64,000 nt of DNA from a virus (Duplodnaviria > Caudoviricetes). The stretch is from the IMG/VR virus record IMGVR_UViG_3300037067_011041, positions 1 through 64,000 of that record; one strand, given 5' to 3'. The notes beneath the pieces are model-generated. The model saw only the letters and a program-made list of their open reading frames with translations, had not been told where the DNA came from and ran no database searches. The position numbers and the translations under genes were made by a program. Shown here piece after piece: positions 47,623 to 56,706 of this stretch (position 1 is its first letter; every line of letters starts with the position of its first letter).

Positions 47623-48813
47623 ATGAAAACTTGCCCAGCCTGCCAGTCTACCAGCACAGAGCCCATGTTCAACATGGGCAAGCAACCCTTGTCGCTGGCG
47701 GCCATGACGCCTGATCCTATGGAGTCTTACTGCCTAGAGACGTACTCGATCAACCTGATGATTTGCAGGCATTGCAGCCACGTCTTCAACGCCGATTTCA
47801 ATCCTGACAATGTCACTTATAGCCAAGCGGGTTGTCGAATGTACAACAGCGGGGCGGGCTGGCAAGATCACATCGAAGAAGTTTACGCGATGTTGAAAAA
47901 CATCCCGGTCGACTTGGTCGTCGAGATAGGCGCCGGCGACTGTGAATTCCTGTCAGGTCTTGATGCTGTGGACGCCGGTGGCCAGCCGTCTGTCAAGCTA
48001 GCCGTCGACCCGTGCGAAGCTGTTCTTAGGGCTGAAGAACTCGGCCTGCAATTTGATCGGGACTACTTTGTTCCTGAAGAGCACATGCCTAGCGGCGACG
48101 GGGCCGTCTTAATTGTCATGCGGCATCTTCTTGAGCACATGGAACGGCCGCGAGAAATCATCGAGGACATTTGCCATCGAGCACTCTCAAGAAGCAAAGA
48201 CAAGACTTGGGTGTATATCGAAGTACCCAACTGCGAAGTGGCCCTTCGCAAATGCCGAATCGAAGATTGGACGTATGAGCACGTTCAACATTTCACGTCG
48301 AAGAGTATGGCTTGCTTATTGCGAAACTGCGGAATAAGCCAGTTTGCCATTCTCCCAAAGTACGGTAGCGAAGTCCTAAGCTGCTTTGCTTGTATCAACC
48401 CGGCCGAGGAACGAAAAGACGAAATCGACGTCGAGGCAGTAATCGAAAGCTACCGCAAAACCGAAGGCGGCATTTCGCGCGAGCGACAGTGGATGCACGA
48501 TTCACTGGGGCAGATCGCCTTGTGGGGCGGCGCTGGTAAGTCGGCAATGTTTTTGAGGAAGTTCAACCTGCCGCCTCACGCCACTGTGGTTGACAGCCAT
48601 AGTGAGAAGTGGCTTATGTGTGTTCCAGGAACTAAGATCAAGATCTCTGATCCCAGCGTGCTGTTGCGATATCCAGTGCAATACATTGTTGCCACCACGT
48701 CGTGGCGCGCAGAGGATATCGCGAAGGAGATCGTTGAACGAAACATACCGTGCAAAGGACTACTGAAGTTCGAGGGCGGGCAACTTGTGGAGGTGCCTCT
48801 TGGCCGCGAGTAA
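47623..48813 (+). CDS. SAM-dependent methyltransferase, NDP-sugar C-methyltransferase-like
   Basis: N-terminal CPAC...CRHC Zn motif, VEIGAGD, RHLLEH, IEVPN, YEHVQHF, C-terminal LWGGAGK...VVD. Confidence 0.8.
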   Translation: MKTCPACQSTSTEPMFNMGKQPLSLAAMTPDPMESYCLETYSINLMICRHCSHVFNADFNPDNVTYSQAGCRMYNSGAGWQDHIEEVYAMLKNIPVDLVVEIGAGDCEFLSGLDAVDAGGQPSVKLAVDPCEAVLRAEELGLQFDRDYFVPEEHMPSGDGAVLIVMRHLLEHMERPREIIEDICHRALSRSKDKTWVYIEVPNCEVALRKCRIEDWTYEHVQHFTSKSMACLLRNCGISQFAILPKYGSEVLSCFACINPAEERKDEIDVEAVIESYRKTEGGISRERQWMHDSLGQIALWGGAGKSAMFLRKFNLPPHATVVDSHSEKWLMCVPGTKIKISDPSVLLRYPVQYIVATTSWRAEDIAKEIVERNIPCKGLLKFEGGQLVEVPLGRE

Positions 48814-50677
48814 GAATCGGTTGAAGCAGTTGGAAAAGCAGCGTAGGCAGAAACTTCTCAAGGAGAAGAAGGAAGCCGAAAAGGCGGCTCTTGTTGTCGC
48901 CCCGGCCGACGCATCGAAGCAGGTGCCAACAATGAATGTTGATGCCTTCATGCTTGCCGTCGCCAATCGTGACGGCAAGGCGTGGGATGCTCTCATGCAG
49001 TTCATGGGCTTCTTTGAGCGCCATCACTATCGTCATTTTGGAACGCCCGACATTAAGCGACTGAACGAATTCGCTTTCTGTGTATCGGCAGCCATGCTGC
49101 GAGAGGATTTCCTTCCCACTCCTGCCCAAGCTGGCAAGCTTGTTCAGATGGGTCATTTGATGCAGGCCCTATTCGCCTCGTCTTGCTATCGTAATACCAA
49201 CACGCTACTTGACTGCGTGATTCCGATGTCAGGCAACGTCCCGAAGATTCTCACCCTGATGAATCCCCGGTGCGAGATTCAAATCGACCAAGCAAAGTTG
49301 TTCGACGCCGATCCGATTCTTTCTTCGGTGTGGTACATGTCATATCTTCTCGGCTTGTCGTCTCCGACAGGCTTGATTCAGAAGAACATGTATCGGCATC
49401 TGCACAACATGGATTATCGGTGGATTCCTACGTCGCATGTCATGTCCGGATTGTATTTCTCTTGCACCTACCACAATCCGGATAGTGTCCGGCGGGTCAA
49501 GAGCATCATCAATCGAGGCATCAAGTCGCGTGGCAACGCCCCCGCGATAATCAACACTCCCGATCCGAAGTCGATTGCGATCGTCACCAGCCGGTGGCAT
49601 CGCAACCATGCCGTGTACAAGTCAGCGTCGCCCCTTGTTGAGCAGTTGGTCGGCAAGTATCGTTTGACGCTTGTGTGGACGGCCCCGAAAGCCAACATGC
49701 CGAAGACAGCCGTCACCAGCTATTTCGATAAGGTGGTGAATGCCCACTTCCTGCAAAACGGTGAACTGGTGCTTCCTCCAGAGGTTGTGAACAATGACTT
49801 CCAGATGGTGTACTTCCCGGATATCGGGATGAGCGACGAATCGATCTGGATGTCCAACATGCGAATGGCTCCGATTCAAGCCGTAGGCTACGGGCACCCC
49901 GACACAACCGGCGACGGCAATGAGATCGACTACTTCATTGGCGGCGACGTTGAGAAGGACGCCACCGACGCGTATTCCGAGACCATGGTGTTGCTGCCCG
50001 GCCTAGCTCAAGAGCCCGCGTGGCCGACCGCCGAACGCAAGCACAATTACAAGGACGATGGAATCGTTCGAGTGAACTGTGTCTGGGGCCCTGACAAATA
50101 CAACTTCTCACTACTGAAGGTTCTGGAAGAGATCAACAAGCGTACACGCGAGATCAACCCGGAATCGAAACATGAGATTCATTTGTTCGGCAGCCCCGGA
50201 ATGAATCGGCACGCCGCACTGCCGCCCTTCATTCGGGAAGTCACTCAACTGCTTCCTAACGCAGTAGTACACGCCGAGCAGGAATACTACGACTACATGG
50301 AGAACGCAGAGATGCACGACTTCTCCCTGAACTCGTTTCCATTCGGCTGCTACAACGTGCTGATTGAAAGCCTCTACCTGGGGCTGCCCTTCCTGACAGT
50401 GGTAGGTAGCAGGTTTTACAGCCGTGCTGGCATGTATTTGAACCAGCAGATCGGCATGGAAGAAAACAACTTTGATGATGCCAATGGAATGATCGACAAG
50501 GCCGTCAAGTTGATTACCGATCCGATCGAGTTGCGTCGGCAGCGCGACCGCCTCGCTTCTATCGATCTGAAAGAACGCCTCTTCACACTGAAAGGAAACC
50601 ATTTCCTAGAAGCCGTCGAATACATCATCGCAAATCACCCATTCAAACAAACGAAGATCATCGGAGCAAACCAATGA
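48800..50677 (+). CDS. HMW1C/ApNGT-like (GT41) protein glycosyltransferase
   Basis: YFSCTY, HAVYKS, YFPDIGM, RMAPIQAVGYGHPDTT, FPFGCYN...LGLP; TTG start with GGAGG RBS; no TPR repeats. Confidence 0.85.
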   Translation: MAASKNRLKQLEKQRRQKLLKEKKEAEKAALVVAPADASKQVPTMNVDAFMLAVANRDGKAWDALMQFMGFFERHHYRHFGTPDIKRLNEFAFCVSAAMLREDFLPTPAQAGKLVQMGHLMQALFASSCYRNTNTLLDCVIPMSGNVPKILTLMNPRCEIQIDQAKLFDADPILSSVWYMSYLLGLSSPTGLIQKNMYRHLHNMDYRWIPTSHVMSGLYFSCTYHNPDSVRRVKSIINRGIKSRGNAPAIINTPDPKSIAIVTSRWHRNHAVYKSASPLVEQLVGKYRLTLVWTAPKANMPKTAVTSYFDKVVNAHFLQNGELVLPPEVVNNDFQMVYFPDIGMSDESIWMSNMRMAPIQAVGYGHPDTTGDGNEIDYFIGGDVEKDATDAYSETMVLLPGLAQEPAWPTAERKHNYKDDGIVRVNCVWGPDKYNFSLLKVLEEINKRTREINPESKHEIHLFGSPGMNRHAALPPFIREVTQLLPNAVVHAEQEYYDYMENAEMHDFSLNSFPFGCYNVLIESLYLGLPFLTVVGSRFYSRAGMYLNQQIGMEENNFDDANGMIDKAVKLITDPIELRRQRDRLASIDLKERLFTLKGNHFLEAVEYIIANHPFKQTKIIGANQ

Positions 50678-51945
50678 CGATACTTAACAACCAAACCGTT
50701 GCCCAGATAAAGGACCATCTGCTGCGAAAGGACATGACGCAGAAGGAGATTGGCAAGAAATACGGCGTCAGCCGTTCGGTCGTCAGCGACATTGCGTGCG
50801 GGCGGGTGCACAAGGACGTTAAGCCCGAGAACGAGGCCACTGTAGAAGAGACGGAGATCTTCCACCTGCAAGCCGAGATCGCGCACCTACGAGAAGAGAG
50901 AAACGATGCGCACAGAAAGTTGAAGCAAGCTGCCAAGACGCAAGGCTTGTTCCAGGCCATCGTTGAAGAGATGGAAGAGCGGGTCCAGCCGATGCCCGAA
51001 CTTCCTTCCGCCCGGCCCGTCTACAGTAAGCCCGAGTCCGGGGTGGTCGAAGAGCATCTTGTGATGCACCTGTCAGATGGCCACCACGATCAAGTTATCA
51101 CTCGGGATGACACCGGCGGACTTGAGCAGCACAGCTTTCCCATCAGCATGTGCCGGGCCGAGTGTCTTGTTGACACGACCCTGAAATGGACTCAGGAAAC
51201 GCTGGCGCCTCAGTTCAGATTTCCGTCTCTCACGGTTCTGGCCTACGGGGACCACACATCCGGTGAAATTCACGGTGCGGTTCAGCGTAGCTACTTCCGA
51301 AATTGCTTCAAGAACTGCCACGCGATCGGACAGCTTCATGGATTGATGTTCCGCGACATGGCCCCGTACTTCGAGCAAGTGAACGTCATTTACGTCCCCG
51401 GAAATCATGGACGAAGAAGCACACAGAAAGACTACCACGGGGCGCACGACAATTGGGACTACCTCATTGGAAAGACGGCCCAGTTGTACTGCCGGGATAT
51501 CAGCAACATCACCTTCATGATTCCGAATTCGTTCTCTGCCAACGTCGATATTGGCGGCATCGGATTCCATGTCTTTCATGGTGACGATGTTCGATCGCAA
51601 CTCGGCATCCCCTGGTACGGGCTGGAAAAGCGACGCCACCGTCTCATGGCTCTTGATGGTGTCCGGCAAGGCGTTCCCATCCGCTACTACTGCTGCGGGC
51701 ATTTCCATCGCCCCGGCACTACGAGCGAAGTGAACGGCGAAATGCTTATCAATGGCTCGTGGGTAGCCAGCGACGCATACTCTTACAACTCATTCGGCGG
51801 CTTCACTGAGCCGACGCAACTGATCCACGGTGTCAACAAGAAGTACGGCATCACATGGCGACTCCCAGTGAAGATTCGCTGCGAGTACGAGCAACAAGGA
51901 CCGAAACGATACAAACTAGTCGACATGGATGACGTCAGCATCTGA
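50674..51945 (+). CDS. HTH plus calcineurin-like metallophosphoesterase
   Basis: QKEIGKKYGVSRS HTH; SDGH, GD, PGNHG, HGD, GHFH. Confidence 0.85.
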   Translation: MTILNNQTVAQIKDHLLRKDMTQKEIGKKYGVSRSVVSDIACGRVHKDVKPENEATVEETEIFHLQAEIAHLREERNDAHRKLKQAAKTQGLFQAIVEEMEERVQPMPELPSARPVYSKPESGVVEEHLVMHLSDGHHDQVITRDDTGGLEQHSFPISMCRAECLVDTTLKWTQETLAPQFRFPSLTVLAYGDHTSGEIHGAVQRSYFRNCFKNCHAIGQLHGLMFRDMAPYFEQVNVIYVPGNHGRRSTQKDYHGAHDNWDYLIGKTAQLYCRDISNITFMIPNSFSANVDIGGIGFHVFHGDDVRSQLGIPWYGLEKRRHRLMALDGVRQGVPIRYYCCGHFHRPGTTSEVNGEMLINGSWVASDAYSYNSFGGFTEPTQLIHGVNKKYGITWRLPVKIRCEYEQQGPKRYKLVDMDDVSI

Positions 51946-52017
51946 CGGACACGGAACGTGGTGGCCGGGCATACCGGCCACCGTACAAATTACCACCTTT
52001 TACTTGGAGTTTTGATT

Positions 52018-52752
52018 ATGGCAGGTGCCATCGCTACCCTTCTTACCACCGCGAAAACAATCTCGAAAGTCGCCACAGACATGCGTGCCAATCTACGGCA
52101 CACCTACAATGAACTAGTGGCTCTTCAGGGATTGGGCGATCCTACGTTGGCGGCCCCGTACTTGAAAGCGTCGCACGTGGAAACCATCCCGGCCCATCTC
52201 GACACGATTGCGTCCGGCAATTTCACAGTGACCATCAACTTCCCGAATTACGGCGTTGCCGTCACGACTGGAAACATTGCCTTCGACGCGGCCGAAGCCG
52301 CTATCCAGACGGCGATCGACACCGCATTGGACACCCAGGTTATCGTCGCCACGTACAATGCGGGCGACGTCGATGTTGCTCTCACAGGCAACCTGACTGA
52401 AAACGCAGCTACGATTACCGCCAACGGCGCGACCGTGAACGGCGCCTATATGCTCGTCACCACAGCAAACGCTGGCGATCTGGACGCCGACGAGTTGGCC
52501 ACACCCGTCGCTGCCACCGTGGGCACGATGAATCGGCCAGCAGAGGCCATCCTGGCTATCTATAACTGCATCACGCCTGCTGCGGCGGTAACCCCGCAAG
52601 GTCTCACGCCTGCTGTCGCTGATTATGTGACAGGCGATAACCCCCTTTCGATCAGCCCTGCTCTCAAGGCCCTGCTGATTAGCGAAGTCGAAGCCAGCGA
52701 GAACGCTGTTCTCGGGGCGGCCCTGCGAGCCATTCCCGACTGCGTGGAATAG
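52018..52752 (+). CDS. T/A-rich hypothetical protein (virion-like composition)
   Basis: GGAG RBS; flanked by a hairpin and a terminator. Confidence 0.7.
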   Translation: MAGAIATLLTTAKTISKVATDMRANLRHTYNELVALQGLGDPTLAAPYLKASHVETIPAHLDTIASGNFTVTINFPNYGVAVTTGNIAFDAAEAAIQTAIDTALDTQVIVATYNAGDVDVALTGNLTENAATITANGATVNGAYMLVTTANAGDLDADELATPVAATVGTMNRPAEAILAIYNCITPAAAVTPQGLTPAVADYVTGDNPLSISPALKALLISEVEASENAVLGAALRAIPDCVE

Positions 52753-52779
52753 GAAACATCTTCGTTACCGATGGATCGG

Positions 52780-52809
52780 AGGCGGCGGCACCGTGCCGCC
52801 GCCTTTTTT
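52780..52809 (+). terminator. rho-independent terminator
   Basis: GGCGGCGGCAC-C-GTGCCGCCGCC plus TTTTTT. Confidence 0.85.
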
Positions 52810-52830
52810 CGTATATTCAGGGAATTCCGC

Positions 52831-52858
52831 TTGACTTTTCAGCCGCGTGTTGTATACT
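52831..52858 (+). promoter_or_regulatory. sigma70-like promoter TTGACT-N16-TATACT
   Basis: Conserved promoter family in this window. Confidence 0.8.
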
Positions 52859-52886
52859 TGAGGTATGCACCAATGAAAGGGACGCA

Positions 52887-53138
52887 ATGAAGACTGCCTT
52901 TTTGTTCAACGAGTTTGATTACGGCGTTTCGTTTTTCATCCTTGATGGCGACTATACCCATCTCGATGGAGTCTATGTCAACAGCGTCGATTGCGAGGAA
53001 GACGCGTCCAGCGAACTGACGAACCTGATGTATGACCCGGTCGACGGCCACATGTTGCATAGAAAGGCAACAAAGGACGAATTCGTGCAAGCCATCCAGA
53101 ATGGAGCCGCAATGATTGTTTGCGGGTTCATTCCATGA
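52887..53138 (+). CDS. hypothetical protein
   Basis: ORF track; follows the promoter. Confidence 0.7.
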   Translation: MKTAFLFNEFDYGVSFFILDGDYTHLDGVYVNSVDCEEDASSELTNLMYDPVDGHMLHRKATKDEFVQAIQNGAAMIVCGFIP

Positions 53139-53476
53139 GTGACTCTGTTCAGTTTCAGGCCCGTATGGTGGTGTACGACGGGCTGATTCAAGACCTCGAC
53201 GTCTTCGTTTGGGAACTGGAGCCGGTTGACACAACCCGCCGAAGTGCCCGAGAGTGGGTGTATGAGCACATCACCAGTCGTCAGATACTTGACTACCTTC
53301 TCAATGATCTAGGCTGGGATGGCGAGTGCGTAGCCTTTGAAGCTGTGTTCAAAGGACGCATCGAAGGCCGGTTTGACTACTTCGATGAATGGGACGAGGA
53401 ACTTATCGTAGAAGAGCACATTTCACAGCCTCTTCCTGAGAAGTGGTTTGAATCACCCTTTGGAGACGGGCTATGA
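53135..53476 (+). CDS. acidic hypothetical protein
   Basis: ATGA coupling. Confidence 0.6.
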   Translation: MSDSVQFQARMVVYDGLIQDLDVFVWELEPVDTTRRSAREWVYEHITSRQILDYLLNDLGWDGECVAFEAVFKGRIEGRFDYFDEWDEELIVEEHISQPLPEKWFESPFGDGL

Positions 53477-53859
53477 GCAACCTTCCGCATCCTTTCAACG
53501 CCGCTGATTACTACGGCCTTGTATTCATGGCCGAGTATTCGGTATGTTCTCAAGCGTCTCAGATTTGGATCGCTCGACGAGAGCCAGAGCCGCCTTATAG
53601 TAGCAGCGTCACTACTAGCGTCGCCAGACTGGTGTGGGATAAGGTCGACCCTGGAAATCAGTGGCCAGAGGCCACGATCGTTTGCCGGGACAGAGATAGC
53701 TACAACGGCACCAACCAGCTTCAATTCCTCTTCGACGCCCTTTGGCAGTTGGGCTTTCGCCCAAAGAAGAGCGATCCGTCAGGCGAAGTGCTGGCCGCCA
53801 AGGACCAGAACCTATCCGACCTGCGCACCATCCTTTTCAATCAACTGGGTATCCAATGA
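53473..53859 (+). CDS. hypothetical protein
   Basis: ATGA coupling; LFDALWQLGFRP. Confidence 0.65.
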   Translation: MSNLPHPFNAADYYGLVFMAEYSVCSQASQIWIARREPEPPYSSSVTTSVARLVWDKVDPGNQWPEATIVCRDRDSYNGTNQLQFLFDALWQLGFRPKKSDPSGEVLAAKDQNLSDLRTILFNQLGIQ

Positions 53860-54539
53860 ACACAAACAGAGTTTTTGCCTATACGCTTTTTATGCTTGGT
53901 GTGTGGCTGCTCATCTTGGTGCTGGCCCGCCTGTGCTTTTGTGCCGAGCCTCAGCCCCTGCAACAATGTGTGAAGATACACACTGAGGACAAAGGTGGCA
54001 TGAGCAGCAGAGGGACAGGAACCTACGTCGGTCTCAGGCTTGTGGCCTCGTGCGCTCACAATGTTCGCGACCGACTGAGCGACGACAGTGTGGAAATCGA
54101 GTTCCCAAGTGGTGAGTCGCTGGCAGGTAAGGTTTTGTATTTCGATGAGACCTACGACCTGTCTCTCATTGAATTGTCCGGCACGCCGCATTGCAAGCCT
54201 CTGTACATGACGCCTGAACTAACTGAGGGCGAGCCGCTGTCGATTCAAGGGTACGCGAGCGGCTACAGGAAAGTGTGGGGAACTCTCAGTGAGAAACGAT
54301 ACGGTAAGACCGGACAATGGCGAACCATAGACGGGGCCGCTTCGCTTCAAGGCGAGTCTGGCGGCCCCGTGAGCAACAAGCATGGCGAATTCTGCGGCGT
54401 CCTTTGGGGATCAGACGGCGGCCAAACTTACTTCACTCCCGGCCGCGTGGTGATTGAGAAAATCAAGGAACTTTCCTTGCCTGTCCCGCCCATCACACCC
54501 CCCGAAAATCCGCCCAACCTTTATGGAGATATCGAATGA
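53856..54539 (+). CDS. exported/membrane trypsin-like serine protease
   Basis: N-terminal TM; SCAH, YDLSLI, GESGGP catalytic motifs. Confidence 0.85.
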   Translation: MNTNRVFAYTLFMLGVWLLILVLARLCFCAEPQPLQQCVKIHTEDKGGMSSRGTGTYVGLRLVASCAHNVRDRLSDDSVEIEFPSGESLAGKVLYFDETYDLSLIELSGTPHCKPLYMTPELTEGEPLSIQGYASGYRKVWGTLSEKRYGKTGQWRTIDGAASLQGESGGPVSNKHGEFCGVLWGSDGGQTYFTPGRVVIEKIKELSLPVPPITPPENPPNLYGDIE

Positions 54540-55192
54540 ATTGGAAACATTGTGACGAGCTAAGGCCAGAGTTGCCATCGCAAGGCTTCGGCCCGGTGAT
54601 CGACGACTTGGAACGGCACTCCAACTCTGGGCACCCTATGAGGAATCGTCGAGATCCCGGCAACTGGGCACACGAGTTGTGCCACTGGGTGAACAGCCTG
54701 CTGCGGGTCGACGGGTACAACAGCTTCTACGTGCTGGGAGGCCGATATCTTACCCTACCAGAACCAAAGGTTACCATCGAGCAGGTGGCCGACAACGTCC
54801 CGGCAGACCAGCGAGGAAAAGGCTACAAGCTGTATCTCGTCACGATGCGGCGGTATTGGAACAACCAGCCGCTCTACATTCTGGATGAGGCAACGGCTTA
54901 CACGACTGGCTTGGCGCACCACGTCGAGCTAGGACAAAAGGACAATTCGCGAATGATGAGTGCCAACGAGTTTGTAGTGTACAGTAGAGTTCTACTGGAA
55001 ACTGTAAAGAGGTTGGTGCCGTCCTACGTCGACATGCCCGACCTTGAAGAGTACATCAACTGGAACGCAGGCCGCGTCGCCAGCCTTACTCGTTGTCACA
55101 ACGGGGAACGACTGGTCAAACCACCGGTAACACCCGAGATTAAACCGGCAGTCAAACCGACAGTCAAGCCAGACGACTTCAAACTCTACTAG
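54536..55192 (+). CDS. putative zinc metallopeptidase (HExxH)
   Basis: WAHELCH plus downstream LDEATAY. Confidence 0.6.
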   Translation: MNWKHCDELRPELPSQGFGPVIDDLERHSNSGHPMRNRRDPGNWAHELCHWVNSLLRVDGYNSFYVLGGRYLTLPEPKVTIEQVADNVPADQRGKGYKLYLVTMRRYWNNQPLYILDEATAYTTGLAHHVELGQKDNSRMMSANEFVVYSRVLLETVKRLVPSYVDMPDLEEYINWNAGRVASLTRCHNGERLVKPPVTPEIKPAVKPTVKPDDFKLY

Positions 55193-55202
55193 AAAGGCCC
55201 AG

Positions 55203-55490
55203 ATGATCGAAACAATTTGCATCTCCGCTATACTGCTTGCCATCGTTTTGCTTGTGCTCGCCGCGCTCGTGCGGCTGGTTCAAAGCATGGAAGCCTGCCT
55301 GCTTTGGGCAGCCGAACCTGATCTCGAATTCAAGGCCACTCACATCCTGGCCGTCACACCCGGAACCAAGATGGAGGTGATGGTCGTTGAAGGCCACGTC
55401 ATTTATCAGTCGCCTTTCACGAATGACATTACCGATCTTGGCCTTGTGGAAGACTTCCCCGAGATCCTTTTTCCACTGGAGGCCAAGTGA
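55203..55490 (+). CDS. membrane hypothetical protein
   Basis: N-terminal TM. Confidence 0.55.
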   Translation: MIETICISAILLAIVLLVLAALVRLVQSMEACLLWAAEPDLEFKATHILAVTPGTKMEVMVVEGHVIYQSPFTNDITDLGLVEDFPEILFPLEAK

Positions 55491-55604
55491 CAACTGCTCT
55501 CATCATTTTCTTTTGTGTCATGGTGGGCGGGCCTATGATAGGCTTATGGGTGCTCGCCATGGCAGGTATCGTTCGTCTTATTTCAGATGTTTGGAGGAAG
55601 TAGC

Positions 55605-55820
55605 ATGGGCTGGTCCGGCGGCAGCAGGGTGATGAGCGGAATCATCGAAGCATTGAACTGCGATAATGTTGGTTTGCATCCGCTTCAACGCAGTTGGCTT
55701 TACATGGAAATCATTCCGATCTTGGAAGACGAGGATTGGGACACGATCGACGAATGCATGGGCACCGACGCTGTGTTCGATCAGGTTGTCCAGGAACTTC
55801 ACCCGGAGTGGTTTGAGTAA
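55605..55820 (+). CDS. acidic hypothetical protein (MGWSGGS...)
   Basis: GGAGG RBS before the internal ATG. Confidence 0.6.
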   Translation: MGWSGGSRVMSGIIEALNCDNVGLHPLQRSWLYMEIIPILEDEDWDTIDECMGTDAVFDQVVQELHPEWFE

Positions 55821-56107
55821 TGAGAGAAACTAAACCAAGCTTCCACCGACCAGTTACCCGGCGGCTCATCAACTTGACGAACGACGAGTTGTCCCTGCTA
55901 TTCAAGCTGCGGGCCGACGAAGTGGCCGACAGTCTGAAGGGGCATGAATTCTGGGACGACAATCGAATTGTCTACTGGAATAAATTTATCCTCTTGCAAG
56001 ACCGTCTGTTTGAGGTTATGATGGAGATACAAAGCCGGTACCCTGCAAAGGAAGTTCGTGACTATCAGCGATTGTTGCCGGTCATGGAGCCCAACGAAGA
56101 GGTGTGA
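55820..56107 (+). CDS. hypothetical protein
   Basis: TAATG coupling. Confidence 0.6.
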   Translation: MRETKPSFHRPVTRRLINLTNDELSLLFKLRADEVADSLKGHEFWDDNRIVYWNKFILLQDRLFEVMMEIQSRYPAKEVRDYQRLLPVMEPNEEV

Positions 56108-56373
56108 CTATGATCTTTCGATATTGGGACGTGGGCGAATCCCCTTCCGGCCACCTGCCTAATCTAGGTAAGGCGTCAACCGCTCGCGTTATGCAAGCCA
56201 TTCTTATCACCGGGTCTCAATTGAGCGATCACTGTGTCGACGGCGGACAGTATGATTCTGCATCTATACGCCCTGTGTCCTATCGAGTAGCTGTGCCAAT
56301 AGGATCTGAGAAACAGTTCGAGAGTATTTCCGGGTATAGGTTGGAGGAGCCATCAGTGGTGAGCGGCCAATGA
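56104..56373 (+). CDS. hypothetical protein
   Basis: GTGA coupling. Confidence 0.5.
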   Translation: MTMIFRYWDVGESPSGHLPNLGKASTARVMQAILITGSQLSDHCVDGGQYDSASIRPVSYRVAVPIGSEKQFESISGYRLEEPSVVSGQ

Positions 56374-56508
56374 ACAGGAAACGTCTGATGTCGATAATGC
56401 TGCGACCTGGAACTGACTCGCGGTGTTATGACCACAAGCACAAATACTCGCATCAAGGCAAGCGTACTGGCGCCAAGCGGGTCCGGCAAGCGATAAAAAG
56501 GGATTTGA

Positions 56509-56706
56509 ATGAGCAAAGCTGTGAATAATGGCCCGTCTGTGTGGCGGCCAAAGATCAAGATTTGCAACTCTTGCAAACACCTGAATCGATCAGGTTGCGC
56601 CAGGTGCAATGCGACGCCCTCGTCTTGCAACAACCTGATTGGCTACGAGTACATCAACAGCCAGTGTGTATACCTTACACCTGACTGGTGTCCGGAGGAC
56701 AAATGA
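56509..56706 (+). CDS. small Cys-rich protein
   Basis: CNSCKH...TPDWCP. Confidence 0.55.
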   Translation: MSKAVNNGPSVWRPKIKICNSCKHLNRSGCARCNATPSSCNNLIGYEYINSQCVYLTPDWCPEDK

